From the NCBI GenBank assembly GCA_013239625.1, contig MU053588.1:1265988-1329987 (forward strand): a stretch of 64,000 bases of DNA, written 5' to 3'. The DNA is from Lama guanicoe (lineage: Eukaryota). A program made the translations under genes and the position numbers. Shown in pieces: positions 1 through 12,839 of the stretch. The notes under the pieces were generated by a model, which saw only the letters and a program-made list of their open reading frames with translations, was not told the origin of the DNA and made no database searches. Position 1 is the stretch's first letter, and every line of letters starts with the position of its first letter.

Positions 1-170
1 ACTTGGAGGTCCTCAGGCGATGGTGTGACATTAGGGTCCTGGGTGCCGTGCCTTGGTTGGAGATCTTTGGTGGGGTGTCTGGAGGATCCCAGAAGCCAGG
101 GGGCTCTGAGGGTCCCCTGTGGCCAGCTGGCTGCGACTTGGGTTGGCACTGGGGGGTTTGGGGTCCTTAC

Positions 171-1479
171 TTGGCATAGGCCTTCTCCAGGAGTGGGGCC
201 CAGAACTCGTTCCGCTGAGCTGAGCGCACGAACACCAGCTTCCCCTCACGCACAGGCAGCCTGTCATCCACCACGACGTCCACCCAGTGGCCAAACTGCC
301 AGAGCTGGTGGGAGAAGGGGTGGGGCCGGGCTCAGCTTCTCCTGACCTCCGACCCCGCCTGTGACCCTGACCCTGCTGTACCAGCCCAAGAATTACAGCC
401 CCAAGGAGACAGTGTCAACTGTGCAACCCGTGTCACCATGGGGGAAACCGAGGCTTGAACAGAGGAACTGTGCTTTACCTGGAAATGGAAGATACCTGCA
501 TAGCCACCTTGGAAACCCTGTCCTGGGGGGACAACCCGGCACAGGAGTCGGGGGTACAGAGTGAGGGAGGCAGCGGCGGCAAGAAACCAGCAGTTACCTG
601 GGAGGAAGAGCTAGGATGGGTGAGGATGGAAAGAGGGAGACAGAGGCGCGAGGAGAGAACAGACTGAGAGGGAGACAGAGGCAGGGACGGGGAGAGATTG
701 AGGGGCTGGGGGCGGGGCAGAGCGAGGCTGAGGGCAGGGCTGTCAGGGTCCCAGCTGCAACTTGCCGGACCCATGGGCTCAGCATGGGTTCAGTGGTCTC
801 ACCCAGGCTCCCCTGACACACGTCTGTCCGGCTCATGTCCTCACAGATGAACTGGGGCTCAGCACAAAACTCCTAGGAGTGATGGGGGATTCCAGGCCTC
901 AGCCAGGAAGGGGAGGGAAGAAGCAACTGGGAGGTCAGATGCCTGGGTCCCCTTCTGCCTTCAGTGCTCCGGAGTAATGAGTGCCTCCAACCACAGAAGA
1001 GGCTTGTAAAGCCTATGGACAGGTGTTTGGCCTCCCTGGTCCTCCCCTGACCCAGGATGGCTGAGCCTGCTCTGAGTCAGTCCCACAGAGACCTTTCCTC
1101 CCTCAGACCCAGGAGTCGGAACTCCCAGACCTTCCTCCTCAGATCCAAGCCTCCAGCCCCTTCCTCCCTCAGACCCGGGAGCCCAGCCCCCCAACCACAT
1201 CCTCCCTCAGACCCAGGAGCCCAGCCCCCATCCACACATTACATGCGGCCTCTTCCATTCCACCCCTTTGGCCTTCTTCGAGTTCGGTCCCAGCTGGTTA
1301 TAGCCAAGAGAATCAGGGCCAGCAGGGAAGTAGGGATCTTGGAACAGGATTCCCTCATCCAGGCAGGCTGCTCGGATTGCATTGTAGTTCTGGCCCCGAA
1401 AAAGCTTCGGGCCCCTGGTCCCAGGCCCTGCCTCCTCATTCACCAGCTGAATGGTGACCCTCCTGCTTCCACACGCCAT
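171..1479 (-). CDS. CAPN12: Calpain-12, first four coding exons (partial; gene continues off the left edge): join(1243..1479, 803..872, 479..597, 171..304)
   Basis: Spliced translation [16 protein letters not shown]...[43 protein letters not shown]...[21 protein letters not shown]...LLEKAYAK. Contains the calpain catalytic QGxLGNCW motif. Exon sizes 237/70/119/134 with GT-AG boundaries are typical of classical calpains. Synteny with LGALS7 fits. Confidence 0.95.
1092..1233 (+). repeat. Degenerate MSR1-like minisatellite (~4 units of ~30-38 bp, core CCTCCCTCAGACCCAGGAG) in CAPN12 intron 1
   Basis: TCCTCCCTCAGACCC(A/G)GGAG-like units recur at ~1096, 1132, 1162 and 1200, matching the recalled MSR1 consensus. 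Confidence 0.7.
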
Positions 1480-2062
1480 CAGGACACTGGCTCCCAGGCT
1501 GGTTCCAGGCCCTTTAACCTCCTGAGTCATAGGGGTGGGGCCATCCCCTCCATCAGAGCCCAGGTGGGGGGTCTTTAGTGAGGAGCCTTCCCTCGTTAAT
1601 ACTAATTGACGGTTTGTGGTGCTGGATAGCAGGGACGCCTCTTTAGTGGTTTCCTCCCCAGGGCGTGAGGCCTTCAACTGTGCCAGGGTAGCAGCTTAAT
1701 GGGCTTGGCCAGCAGCAGGAGGGAAGGAGGACAGAGCTGAAGGAGGACCGGCTGCCGCTGTGGGAGTGCCTAGAAGGAGGTCAGTAGGGGGTGGGTCACT
1801 GCCAGCTTGGACCTGTGTGTCTTCCTCTGGGGGGCCAAGGAGGGCAGGGATGGTGAGGGAGGCATGTTTACCTCTGTGTCTGTATCTCTCTGTCTCTTCA
1901 CTAACAGTTTCTCTGCCTGCCATTGTATCTCTCTTCCCCATCTTGGCCTCATAATCTCTGTCCACCTCTCTTGTCTCCTTTGGTCTTTCTCCTTTTTTTG
2001 TTTGTATCTTCATATCTGTCTGTGTCTCTCTCTGCATCTCCCTCTGTTTCCATCCCTCTCTC

Positions 2063-2617
2063 TTTTTTTTAAATTGAAGTATTGTCAGTTTACAATGTTA
2101 TGTTAATTTCTGATGTACAGCATAGTGATTCAGTTACACATATATATATTCCTTTTCATATTCTTTTTCATTACAGGCTATTACAAAATACTGAATATAG
2201 TTCCATATGCTCTACAGTAGGACCTTGTTGTTTATCTATTTTATCTATTTTATATAGTAGTTAGTACCTGCAAATCCCAAACTCCCAATTTATCCCTCCA
2301 CCTTGCCCCCATAACCGTAAGTTTGTTTTCTATGTCTATGAGTCTGTTTCTGTTTTGAAAATAAGTTCATTGTGTTATTTTTTTAGATGCCACATATATG
2401 TGAGATCATACAGTATTTTTCTTTCTCTTTTTGGCTTATTTCATTTAGGATGATGATCTCCAGGCCCATCCCTGTTGCTGCCAATGGCATTATCTTATTC
2501 TTTTTTATGGCTGAGTAATATTCCATTGTATGCATATACCACAGCTTCTTTATCCAGGCGTATGCCAATGGGCATTTAGGTTGCTTCCATGTTTTGGTTA
2601 TTGTCAATGGTGCTGCC
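2063..2617 (-). mobile_element. L1 3' end (lineage-specific cetartiodactyl-type), 5'-truncated
   Basis: Poly-T start, L1 3'UTR and ORF2 C-terminus on the minus strand (KTWKQPKCP...EYYSAIKKNKIMP, ORF 2383..2685). Confidence 0.85.
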
Positions 2618-3244
2618 ATCCCTCTCTCTTTATATCTCTTCCAATGTCTCTTTTTCTTGCTGCATCTGTCTTGTACATGCCTCACTGTCTGTCCCTCTCC
2701 ATTTTCCTCCCTGTCCTTGTAACTCCTCAGTCACCCACCACGGGACTCTGAGCCATCAGGACCCCTGTCTCTCTGCTCCCTGACAAAGCAGATCTCAGCC
2801 TGGTCGCCCCAGGCAGGGCTTCTCATGGAGGCGCTGCTCTGCACCTACCTGCACCTACCTGCCCTAGGCTGGAAGGCGGGCCCATTAGTGACCATGACAC
2901 CCCACCCTGCCTACCTGTGGCTCAGGATTCGGTGGAGCAGTATTTCCCCCAAAGGACACTGCAGCCATTGAAAGATATGGGAGAAATAGATTTCAGGAGG
3001 CCAGAAACTCACCAGTTTTCTTCCCAGCCAAACTTCCACACTCAGCAGGGGCATCTCCTGCCCTGGCAGAGCCCTGTCTCCTCTGTGGCACCTTGATGAC
3101 CCTCAGCCCTTTGGGATCCTTCCCTCCAAATGGACCAATGGATATTGTCTCTGTCCGCTGCTATGTGGCTACCAAAGTGGGGTTATAAACAGGTTTTCTT
3201 CCTATAGAATTGCTAAGACCAACTCCCCCACCCCTGTACCATGT

Positions 3245-3480
3245 GAGGCAGATGACAGGGTTAGGAGCCAGAGGGCCTGGGTTCAAATCCCAGCTCTGCC
3301 ACTTAGAACTGTGTGTCCTGGGCAAGGCACTTAAACCTCTCTGTGCCTCAGTTCTTCATCTCTACAACGGGGGTAATAATAAGACCTACCTTGGAGGGTT
3401 GTTGTGACAAGCAAATGAGATAGTACATGGGACATGTGCAGAGCAGTACCTGACATGCAGTAAGTGCTCAGTGAAGACTA
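3245..3480 (+). mobile_element. MIR SINE
   Basis: MIR core GGGTTCAAATCCCAGCTCTGCCACTT...CTCTGTGCCTCAGTT...CATCT. Confidence 0.8.
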
Positions 3481-5139
3481 GATGTTCTGACTACCTTCTG
3501 CATCCACGTCACTTATCACCTCTGGCTCTGGCTGCTGTCTCTGCCATTTCCACGGTCACTTCCACTATCTGTGCTCCACATTCTCAACCCGCAGGGTCAC
3601 AGCCCTCTCCCCTTTATTGGCTCCCAAAGCACCACTAACTGTAGGAGAAAGCTTTTAGTAAAACCTGGCTGACATCTTGCAATGATGTGAAAACCCTGTC
3701 CCATCCGCCGGCCTCCTTCCTGCCCCTTCCCAGCCCCTCCTGCAGGCCCCTCCTGGCTGCTGCTCCTCCTGGCTCTCACCTGGCTGCCACACTGCAGGGT
3801 TCTGCTCACATCCCACAGTCAAGAGTTCTCTGGATTATCATTCCCCAGATCTCCCCCTTCTCCTTGCATCCAGGGTCCCAAATACTCTTTCCCCAGCCAA
3901 GGTAAGAAAAACACATGGATGTCACTATAGTGGATGTATGTTGCTTTGTGAGCCCAGCACCCCCTACTGCTCTCTGGAGTCAGTATCCCCCTTATGTTTT
4001 GGGGACCCCACAAATAAGGGACTTATTCTCAGGTCACAAGTCTCTCTTAGGGCTGGCCCCTCCCACCAGCTCCAGAGAAGGGCATGTGACCTAGACCAGC
4101 CAATCAGAGCAGGGCAGCCCTGGCCACGCCCCTAGCCTCACCTCTGTGCAGATAGTAAGGGCGGGGATTCTCTCGCCCTGGGGCCACTAGGCTGGCAGGA
4201 TGTAAGCCCCGAGTGGCCCCGGGCTCTACCTTGGCTGCGTCTCCCGGAGACCCTGCCTGAGGAAGGGCGTTGCTGAGCGAAGCAGAGCTAGGCATGGGCA
4301 GAGAGAAAAGATTCCCCCACATGATACCTGGAATGTGATATAAAGGGACACTTCCTCTTATTTGCTGCTTAGTTGCCGTGAGGCACAGTTCATAAAAGAA
4401 AGACCAGGTACTTCCTTGATTCTTTCTCTTTATTTACCACTTTTCAGAGCAACACTAGTTTATTAAATATCTGTATATGGGTCAGAATTCCTTTTGAGAG
4501 CTTTCACTGTAACAGATCACCTAGTAGTGAGGTTGTGTTGGGGAAAGGCTTTCCTTCAATACTTGGCAGCTACTGTTACCTGTCCAAAAGAGTTGATACC
4601 TGAGGCAAGGCGTCTGTATCCCAGTACCATCCAGTCATTAGCATGGACCACCACCTGGGAGGGTCCTAATGATGGGTGAGACAGTTCCCTGAGACAGAGG
4701 GCACTTCCCAGTGAGGAACACAGCTGTGAGATGCCAGGAGCCCAAAGTCCTAGCACATCCTAGGTCTGTCCACTGAGAGAGGCTGTCTGGGGAGCTTTTC
4801 TGCAAATTTGTGGTTATTTTAAAAGCAGAACAAATGCTATCTAAAAATGACTGAAATGGTTATTAAAAATGATTCTGCAGGCAAAGCTGGTCTTTGTCGT
4901 CTCCATGCTGCTTGGGTGGCCTCATAGAGGCCCCACATGCTGGGGCAGTGGGATCAAAGAATAAAAATAAAACTCTCAATTGTATCAACAGAAAGTGAAA
5001 TGAGTTACTCGGAAGAAAAAATAACTATATTATCTTCATATTACTTGTGGAGAGTTAACAGCTAACATTGAATTCTTGACATTGATAATTAAGTAACCCT
5101 AGGTTCAAGTATGAGCTTAAAAAAAAATCTATCATTAGT

Positions 5140-5270
5140 GGGGAGAGTAAGGCTCAGTGGTAGAGCATGTGCTAGCATGCACAGGTCCTGGGTTCAATCC
5201 CCAGCCCACCGTTAAAAATAAATAAACCTAGTAAATAAATAAATAAATGAACCTAATTACCCTACCCCCC
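5140..5270 (+). mobile_element. tRNA-Ala-derived SINE (Vic-1-like)
   Basis: GGGGAG..GCTCAGTGGTAGAGC..GCATGCACAGGTCCTGGGTTCAATCCCCAG head with A/B boxes, then an AAATAAATAAACCTAATTACC tail. Confidence 0.85.
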
Positions 5271-5935
5271 AAATCTATCTCTAATCATGAATAGAGTAAG
5301 AACAAATCAATAGGACAGCTTAAAAAGAAAAAAGAAGAAAAGCTAATCCATTTGGCAAAGGCCAAAAAACAAAGGGAAAATGCAGGGACTCATAAAAATG
5401 AAAACAGAAAGTATGAGAAAATGACCAAAGTAAAGCCAAACACAATAGTTTTAACACTATTTAGCAAATGTGTGAAACTTGCGAGTAAGTAAAAAAAGAA
5501 CTAACTGTAGTGATGTTTGCACAACCCAGTAAGTATACAACAAAACGTTGAACTGTACACTTTAAATGGGTGAATTGTATGGTATGCAAACTATATCTCA
5601 ACAAAGCTGTTATTTTTTAAAATCCAATGGCATTGGGGTTTGGGGAAAAGAAGGAAAGTTGAAACATTCATTCTAAAGTGTCTCTGAAGGAAAACTTATT
5701 ATTTAGGACTTACCTACTAAATAGTTAACATGTCTTATGAAACTGAAATAAATAATGTTACAGTAACACAAAAATAGAACAATGGAAAAAAAAGAGTCTA
5801 GAAATATACCTATCACATGTTAAAATTTGATGTATAATTGAGATGTCAATTCACATCTCAAGGTGACAAAGCAACCAACAAATTGGTCATTTAACACTTA
5901 GAAAAAAGATATAGCAACTCTACTGGGCTTGTTTT

Positions 5936-6031
5936 CTTTTTTCTTTTTTCACTTAATGGAGGTTCTGGGGATTGAACCCAGGATCTTCTACATGCTAGGC
6001 ATGTGCTGTACCACTGAGCTATACCCACCCC
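5936..6031 (-). mobile_element. tRNA-derived SINE (Vic-1-like)
   Basis: Reverse complement of the same head (CTGGGGATTGAACCCAGG...CCACTGAGCTATACCC). Confidence 0.8.
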
Positions 6032-6150
6032 CTCAAAAGTATATCAACTCTAGATGGACTAAAGAATAACATTTGAAAGTTACAAAGAAACTAAAATGTC
6101 TTACCTCAAAGTTTAAAAGAATTATATAAGCATAATAACAATGTGGAGGT

Positions 6151-6280
6151 GGGGAGGGCATAGTTCAAGTGGTAGAGCATATGTTTAGGATACACAAGGT
6201 CCTGGGTTCGATCCCCAGTACCTCCTCCAAAAATAAATAAGTAAGCAAACCTAATTACCCCCCCAAATAATAATAATAAT
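6151..6280 (+). mobile_element. tRNA-derived SINE (Vic-1-like)
   Basis: GGGGAGGGCATAGTTCAAGTGGTAGAGC...GGTCCTGGGTTCGATCCCCAGTACCTCC plus tail. Confidence 0.85.
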
Positions 6281-6623
6281 AAAGCAACATATGGAATTGC
6301 AAGGGAAAATCAGTAAATCTGATTATGTAAAAATCAAAAGCTTCTACACATCAGAAAAGCATTGAAATAATGTTTAAACTCAAGACACAATAGGAAATGA
6401 GGAAATATGTACATCATACTTGTGATATATGTGACAGAAAAGAGTTTAGTGTCCTTCATTAATAAAGAGTTCCGACAAATAAATACTCAAAATTATACAA
6501 TAATAAAATGAACATATACAAAAGCAATGAATTGATCAAAATGTGAAAAAAAACACATAATAAGAAAACTCAAAATAAAATGACAGTGACATATTTTTGG
6601 CTACAATATTCAAAATTAATGAG

Positions 6624-7210
6624 TGTGTTAATCAGGGTTCCCCAGGGAAACAGAATCTCTCTCTATTCCTATCCCTATCCCTATGTCTATGTCTATCTCT
6701 ACCTATATCTATATAGAGAGATTTATTATAGCAATTGGCCTACACTATTATAGAGATTGACAAGTCCTACAATCTACTATCTGCAAGTTGGAGACCCAGG
6801 ACCTAGGATATAACTCAGTCTGAGTCTGAAGGCCTGAGAAGCAGGGCAGCAGACAGTGAAACTCCCAGTCTAAGACTGAAGGCCTGAGAAACATAGGGTA
6901 GGGGGATGGTGCTGGTGTAAGTCCCAAGAACTAGAAACTCAGATGTCAAAGGGCAGGAGAAGATGGATGTCCCAGCTCAAGAAGAGAGAGAAAGAGAACT
7001 TCCCCCTTCCTTTGACTATTTGTTCTATTCAAGCCCTCAAAGGATTGGATGATGTCCACATTGGTGAGGGTGGGTCTTTTTCACACTGTCTGCTGATTCA
7101 AATGCTAATCTCTTTTAGAACATCCTCACAGTCACACCCAGAAATTATGTCTTACCAGCTATCTGGGCATCCCTTAGTCCAGTTAAGTTGACACAAAATT
7201 AACTATCACA
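6624..7210 (-). mobile_element. MLT2-family (ERVL) solo LTR
   Basis: TG...CA termini and recognisable MLT2 blocks (CAGGGTTCCCCAGGGAAACAGAA...GATTCAAATGCTAATCTC...GTTAAGTTGACACAAAATTAACTATCACA). Confidence 0.75.
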
Positions 7211-7244
7211 ACATAGTTTGCCAACTCCTCTTTCACATGACTGC

Positions 7245-7417
7245 AACTCCACTGACGGTTTGACTATAACTTCATGAGAAATCTTGAGCCACAACCAACC
7301 CAGGTAAGCCAGCCCCAGACTCCTAACTTCAGAAACTGGGTACGATAATAAATACTTGTTGTTTCATGGTGCTAAGTTTGAGAGTAAGTTGTTATGCAGC
7401 AATACATAACTAATACA
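7245..7417 (+). mobile_element. MLT1 (MaLR) LTR 3' fragment
   Basis: AATAAATACTTGTTGTTT...GTTGTTATGCAGCAATACATAACTAATACA terminus. Confidence 0.7.
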
Positions 7418-10400
7418 TTGTCAGACTGGATAAAAAAGCAAGATCCAACTACATGCTGTCTACAAAAGACACAATCTAGATCTAAAGAGACAAATAAGTT
7501 GAAAGTAAAATGTTGGGAAAATATACATATTGCAAACAGTAACTAAAAGAGAGTTTGAAGGACAACATTTATATCAGACACAATAGATGTTAAAAGAAAT
7601 TTTACTAGAGATGAAGAGGGACTTTTAACATTAAAATGGTCAATACATCAGATGTATATAGAAAGTATAAAAGTGTACTATAATAGAGCCCCCAAAAACA
7701 TGACAGAATGAAAGGATAAACAATAATTTTAGTTGTAGATGTCAATACCCCTCTTTCAGCAATTGACAGAACAACCAACATAAATGATTAAGGATGTAGA
7801 AGACATAAACACTGTTAATCAGTTTAACCTAATGCTTAACACTCCACCTTAGCAAAAGCAGAATATACTTTCCTTTCAAGCACACTTGGAAAATTTTGCA
7901 GAGTAGACAGACCATTTGCAAGGCCATAACATAAGTCTCAATAACTTTACACAAATTGAAGTCATACAAAGTATGTTCTCCAACCATAATGGAATTAAGG
8001 TAGGACTCAATCCATAAAAAGAAATCTAGGAGTCTCTAAATATGTGGAAATTAAACAGCACCCTTCTAGATGACCTATGTGTCACAGAAAAAATCAAAAG
8101 AGAATTAGGTAATACCTTGAGCTGAATAAAAGCAAAATCACAACATAACAAAATGTAACATGTAGCTACAGTAGTACACAGAGGAAAATTTATAACTTTA
8201 AATACTTATTAGAACAGAAGAAAGACCTAAAATAAATCCAAACTTCAACCTCAAAAACTAGAAAAAGAAGAGTAAATCAAAATCAAAGTGAATAGAAAGA
8301 AATGCTAAAGATCAGAGTAAATCAATGAAATAGAAAACATAAAAGCAATAGATAAAATCAGTGAACCCAAAAGGTGGCTCTTTAGAAAAATCAACAAAAT
8401 TAATAAACTTTAGCTAGACTGAACAAGAAATAAAAAAGAAAAAAATAACCAAAATCAAGAACAAAGGAAAGAACATGACTAACAACCCTATAGAAATTAA
8501 AAAAAAAATTATATGGGAACATTATGAATAGCTTTAGGACAACAAATTAGGCAACTTAGATGAAATGGACATATTCCCAGAAAGGGACAAATTACCAAAA
8601 CTGACTCAAAAAGAAACTGGAAATATGAATAGGCCTATAGCAAATATGAAAACTGAATAAGTAATTTAAAAATATCTCCACAAAGAAGAGCCAAGGCCCA
8701 GATGGTTTCTCTGGTAAATTCTATCAAATATTAAAGGAAAAATAATACAAATTTTCAGAAATACTGAAATTTCTGAATTTCAGAAATACTGAGGCAGGCA
8801 GAACACTTCCCAAATCATTTTGTGAGGTGGCTATTACCCTAATACCAAAACCAAACAAATGTATCAAAAGAAAAGAAAACTACAGATCAATATCTCTCAT
8901 GAACATAGATGTAAAAATCCTTAAAATACTAGGAAATTGAATCTATTCTATACATAAAAATTATTATATGAAGTGAGATTTATACCAGGAATGCAAGGTT
9001 GGTTTAACAGCAGAAAATCAAATCATTTCATAAAAACAAAATGACATGAAAATTTCAACAGACACAGAAGAAGCACTTAACAAAATCCAACACCCATTTA
9101 TGATAAAAGAAAAGAAAAGCAAAGCTATCAACACACTAGCAATAGAAAGGAATGTCTTCAATGAGATAAAGGGCATCTGCAGAAAACCTACAGCCAATTA
9201 TCATACTTCATGGTGAAAAGTTAAATGCTTTCCCACTAACACTGGTTATAAGGCAAAGATGTCTTTCTACCACATTCATTCAGCATAGTACTGGAGGGTC
9301 TAACCAGTGCAATCAGACAAGTGAAAGAAATGAAAGGCATAAAGACTGGAAAGCAAGAGATAAATATGTTTTTATTAACACAGGTCATGATTATGTACCT
9401 TAGAGATTTTTTAAGGAATTTACAGAAAAAGCTGTACGAACCTAGCAAGGTTGCAGGCTATAACATTGATAAACAAAAAAACAAAACAAACAAATAAAAA
9501 ACAAAACAGCAGTATTTTCATGGCAGCAATAAACTGGAAATTGAAATTTGAAAACAATGCCACTTACAAAAGCATCCAAAAACATATAAGCTTAGATATA
9601 ATTTAATAAAATGCTTACAAGACCTCTACAGTGAAACCTATGAAACACTGATGAAAGAATTTCAAAGATGTAAGTAAAGGGATTGATAAACCATATTCAT
9701 AGATGAGAAGATTAATATTGTTAAGATGTCAGTTCTTCTCAAATTGATTTATGCAATCAAAATCCCAAGAGATTTTTTTTGTAAAAATGCTGATGAAATT
9801 TTTAAATGTATATGAAAACAAAAAAGACCTACAATAACCAAAATAATTTTGAAAAGAGGAACAAAATTGCAAGACTTATACTCTGTGATTTTAAGACTTA
9901 CTGTAAAGCTACAGTAATCAGGAGTATCATATTGGCCTAAAGATAGACAGAAAGACCAATGAGTCAGAAGGCTGAAGGCCAGAAATGAACTCTGGTCACA
10001 GATATGGTCAATTAATTTTGGACAAAATTGCCAAGGTAATTCAATGGGAAAAAAGGCAGTCTTTTCAACAAATGGTGTTGAAACAGCTGGAAGTCCACAT
10101 GGTAAGAAATGAACCTCAACCCTTACATCATACCATACAAAAATAACTAAATAATGGATCATAGACCTAAGCATAAATGCTAACACTATAAAACAGCTAG
10201 AAGGAAACATTTCTAAAAATTGTGACTGTAGATAGGGAAATATTTCTTAAATAGGACACAAAGGCACAAACCATAACAGAAAACAATGATAGTGTAGAAT
10301 TCAATTAAACACTTCTGCTCTAAGAAAGACAATTAAAAAATGAAAAGAGAAAACTCAGAGGAGGAAATATTCACAATACATATATTTGGCAAAGGTCTCT

Positions 10401-11240
10401 ATCCAGAAAATATAAATAATTCTTATAACTAAATAATAAGAAAACAATCTAATTAAAATGGGCAAATGATTTGAACAGACAATTCTCAAAATAGAATATA
10501 CAAATGGCCACTAAGCACATGAAAGGAGGCTCAACGTCAGTAGTTACAGGAAAATGCAAATTAAAACCACAGTAAGATACCAATACACGCCCACTGGAAT
10601 GGCTAAAATGAGAACGAACAAACAAAAACCTGACAATACCACGTATTGATGAAGATGTGACATACTGTAACTTCTACATATTGCAGGAAGAAACGTAGAT
10701 GGGTAGAAGTACATCGGAAAACAATTTGACAGTTTCTCTTAAAGTTAAGCGGACAAGGATCATATGACCCAGAAACTTAACTACTGAGAATTTAACATAT
10801 GTCCACACAAAGATTTGTTCATACCATCCTAATTCATAATCACCAACAGTGGAAATAACTCAAATGTCCATCAACAGGTGAATGGATGAACAAACTGTAG
10901 TGTGGTCATGCGATGGATTACCACTCAGACAAAAAGAATGAATTACTACTCTATGCAAATATCTGAATGAACCGCAAAACCATCATGCTGAATGAAAGTA
11001 GCCAGATTTTAGCCAGACAGAAAAAAAAATGTTTTACACTGTTAACACCAAGTTTTAGAGCATGAAAGACTAATTGAGGATGATAGTGAGCAGACCAGCA
11101 GTTGCCAGTTGCCAAGGGTGCTTGTAAAGAGGTGATGGAAATATCCCGTGCCTTGACTGTGGTTCTGGTCCCCAAACCATATGGATTTGTCAAAATTCAT
11201 GGAGCTGCACACTTGGAAAGGGTGAATTTTATTGTACATT
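7418..11240 (+). mobile_element. Old decayed L1 (L1M-type): ORF2 from the endonuclease region through the 3' end
   Basis: A-rich. Starts GACTGGATAAAAAAGCAAGATCCAACTACATGCTGTCTACAA (EN domain) and has RT-region blocks (GGCCCAGATGGTTT, CCAGGAATGCAAGGTTGGTTTAAC) and an L1M 3' end. Many stops and no long sense ORF. Confidence 0.9.
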
Positions 11241-11694
11241 CCCAAGCTGTGGAATCATATTCACCTGGCTCTGGTCCCTGCTCTACCACCTACATGATGT
11301 GTGACCTTGAACATACATCAGATGCCTCATTTGCAAAATAAGAACAATAAGAGTCTCTACCTCAGAGGATCGTTTTAAAGATTGAAAGAATGATTAGCAC
11401 AATGACTAACATACAGCAGAGACTCAGGAAATGTTACCTAAATAGGTATATAAATAAATACTCCAATTTTCCTCAACAAGTACACTGTAGATAAATTATT
11501 ATAGAAAAATGACTAGGAAAAATCACACTAATATACCAAGAGTGATAATTTCAGAGTGATAAAATTGTACATGATTTCAAAATTCTTGTTCAAAACCACA
11601 AGTAAGTATGCATATGTTTTATAATCAGAACAGAGTTTATTTTAAAAAAAGGTAGAAATCTATCAACATCTTAAAAATACTATGTAAAAGCTAT

Positions 11695-12200
11695 CAACAT
11701 CTTAAAAATGTTAAGTCTTCCAATCCATGAACATGGGATGTTTCCATTTATTTATATATTAGTTAATTTCTTTCAGCAATGTTTTATAGCTTTCCTTGAA
11801 TGTGCCTTTCACCTCCTTGGTTTATTCCTAAGTAGTTTATTTTTTTGATGCTATTGTATATGGGTATTCTTTTTTTTTTTTAATCTAGGGGGCAGGTCAT
11901 TAAGTTCATTTATTTATTTACTTACTTAAAGGAGGTACTGGGGATTAAACTCAGAACCTCGGGCATGCTAAGCATGCACTCTACCAATTGAGCTATACCC
12001 TCCCCCCAGACATTTTTTCTTAACGTCCACTTTTTATTGTTTCTTGTTAATGTACGGAAATGCAACTGATTTTTGTGTGTTGACTATGTGTGCTGTTACT
12101 TTGCTGAACTCATGTGCTAACTAGTTTTTGGGTTTTGTTCTAACATTTGGAGGAGGGGAATCTTTAGGGAATTCTACATATAAGGGCATATCATACATGT
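11695..12200 (-). mobile_element. Antisense L1 ORF2 fragment interrupted by a SINE
   Basis: TCTTCCAATCCATGAACATGGGATG..TTCCATTTATTT and GAAATGCAACTGATTTTTGTGTGTTGA blocks. Confidence 0.7.
11871..12007 (-). mobile_element. tRNA-derived SINE (Vic-1-like)
   Basis: GGAGGTACTGGGGATTAAACTCAG...CATGCTAAGCATGCACTCTACC..GAGCTATACCCTCCCC. Confidence 0.85.
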
Positions 12201-12839
12201 ATGATATAGATCATGTGTATATATTTTTTGAAATGACAGAAAGTTTTAAGTACAATACAAACTTCGTTTTATCCTGAGCCATTTATGAATACTTTACTCT
12301 GTATTTTATACAAATAAGAACATTCTTCACTATACGTACAGTAAGACAGAGGTGAAAGCCAGGAAGTCAACACGGATGAATCACTGCCATCTAACGGAAG
12401 AACCCAACCATCTTTACCAGTTGTGCCAATAATGCCTTACTTTTCACCTTGTTTTTTGAAAGTTGTACCGCTTTGATATATTACCTTTACAACTATTTTT
12501 AATGTTCAAAAACTACATGGCACACACAACTAAAATACAAATTACTTCATTTAACAGTGAGCCCTGGAGTGCCAATGAATGCTGTATTTTCTCAGGTCTC
12601 TGACAGGCAGAGGAGGACCTCTCACTAAACACTAGAAGGGCCAGGCATGGGGAAGGGTAACTATAGGTGGAGGTTTACAAAGTGACGGAAAAGTCTGGGA
12701 CCTGGGTATCCAGGCTGGGTGGTTCCACAGGATTTTGCACCCCTCTTCAGGCTAAACAAAGGATAACAGACCCTAGATCCTGGACCGATTGCTAGGATTG
12801 TAATATTGGGAGTGGCCACGAGGGAGCGACATGTCACTG

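Noticed and set aside
1480..1677. In-frame upstream extension of CAPN12 (ATG at 1530)
   Set aside because: Homology to calpain-12 begins at the 1479 ATG. The upstream ATG has a weak context and overlaps an AP-1 motif, so it is probably UTR or promoter.
5140..5215. tRNA-like sequences (this and ~11 similar copies)
   Set aside because: They are SINE heads with A-rich tails and degenerate stems, not functional tRNA genes.
9749..10210. 153-aa hydrophobic ORF
   Set aside because: Antisense reading of decayed L1 ORF2.
11660..11709. 19-bp direct repeat CTATCAACATCTTAAAAAT with a 12-bp spacer
   Set aside because: Only two copies at the edge of an L1 fragment. A local duplication, not a CRISPR-like array.
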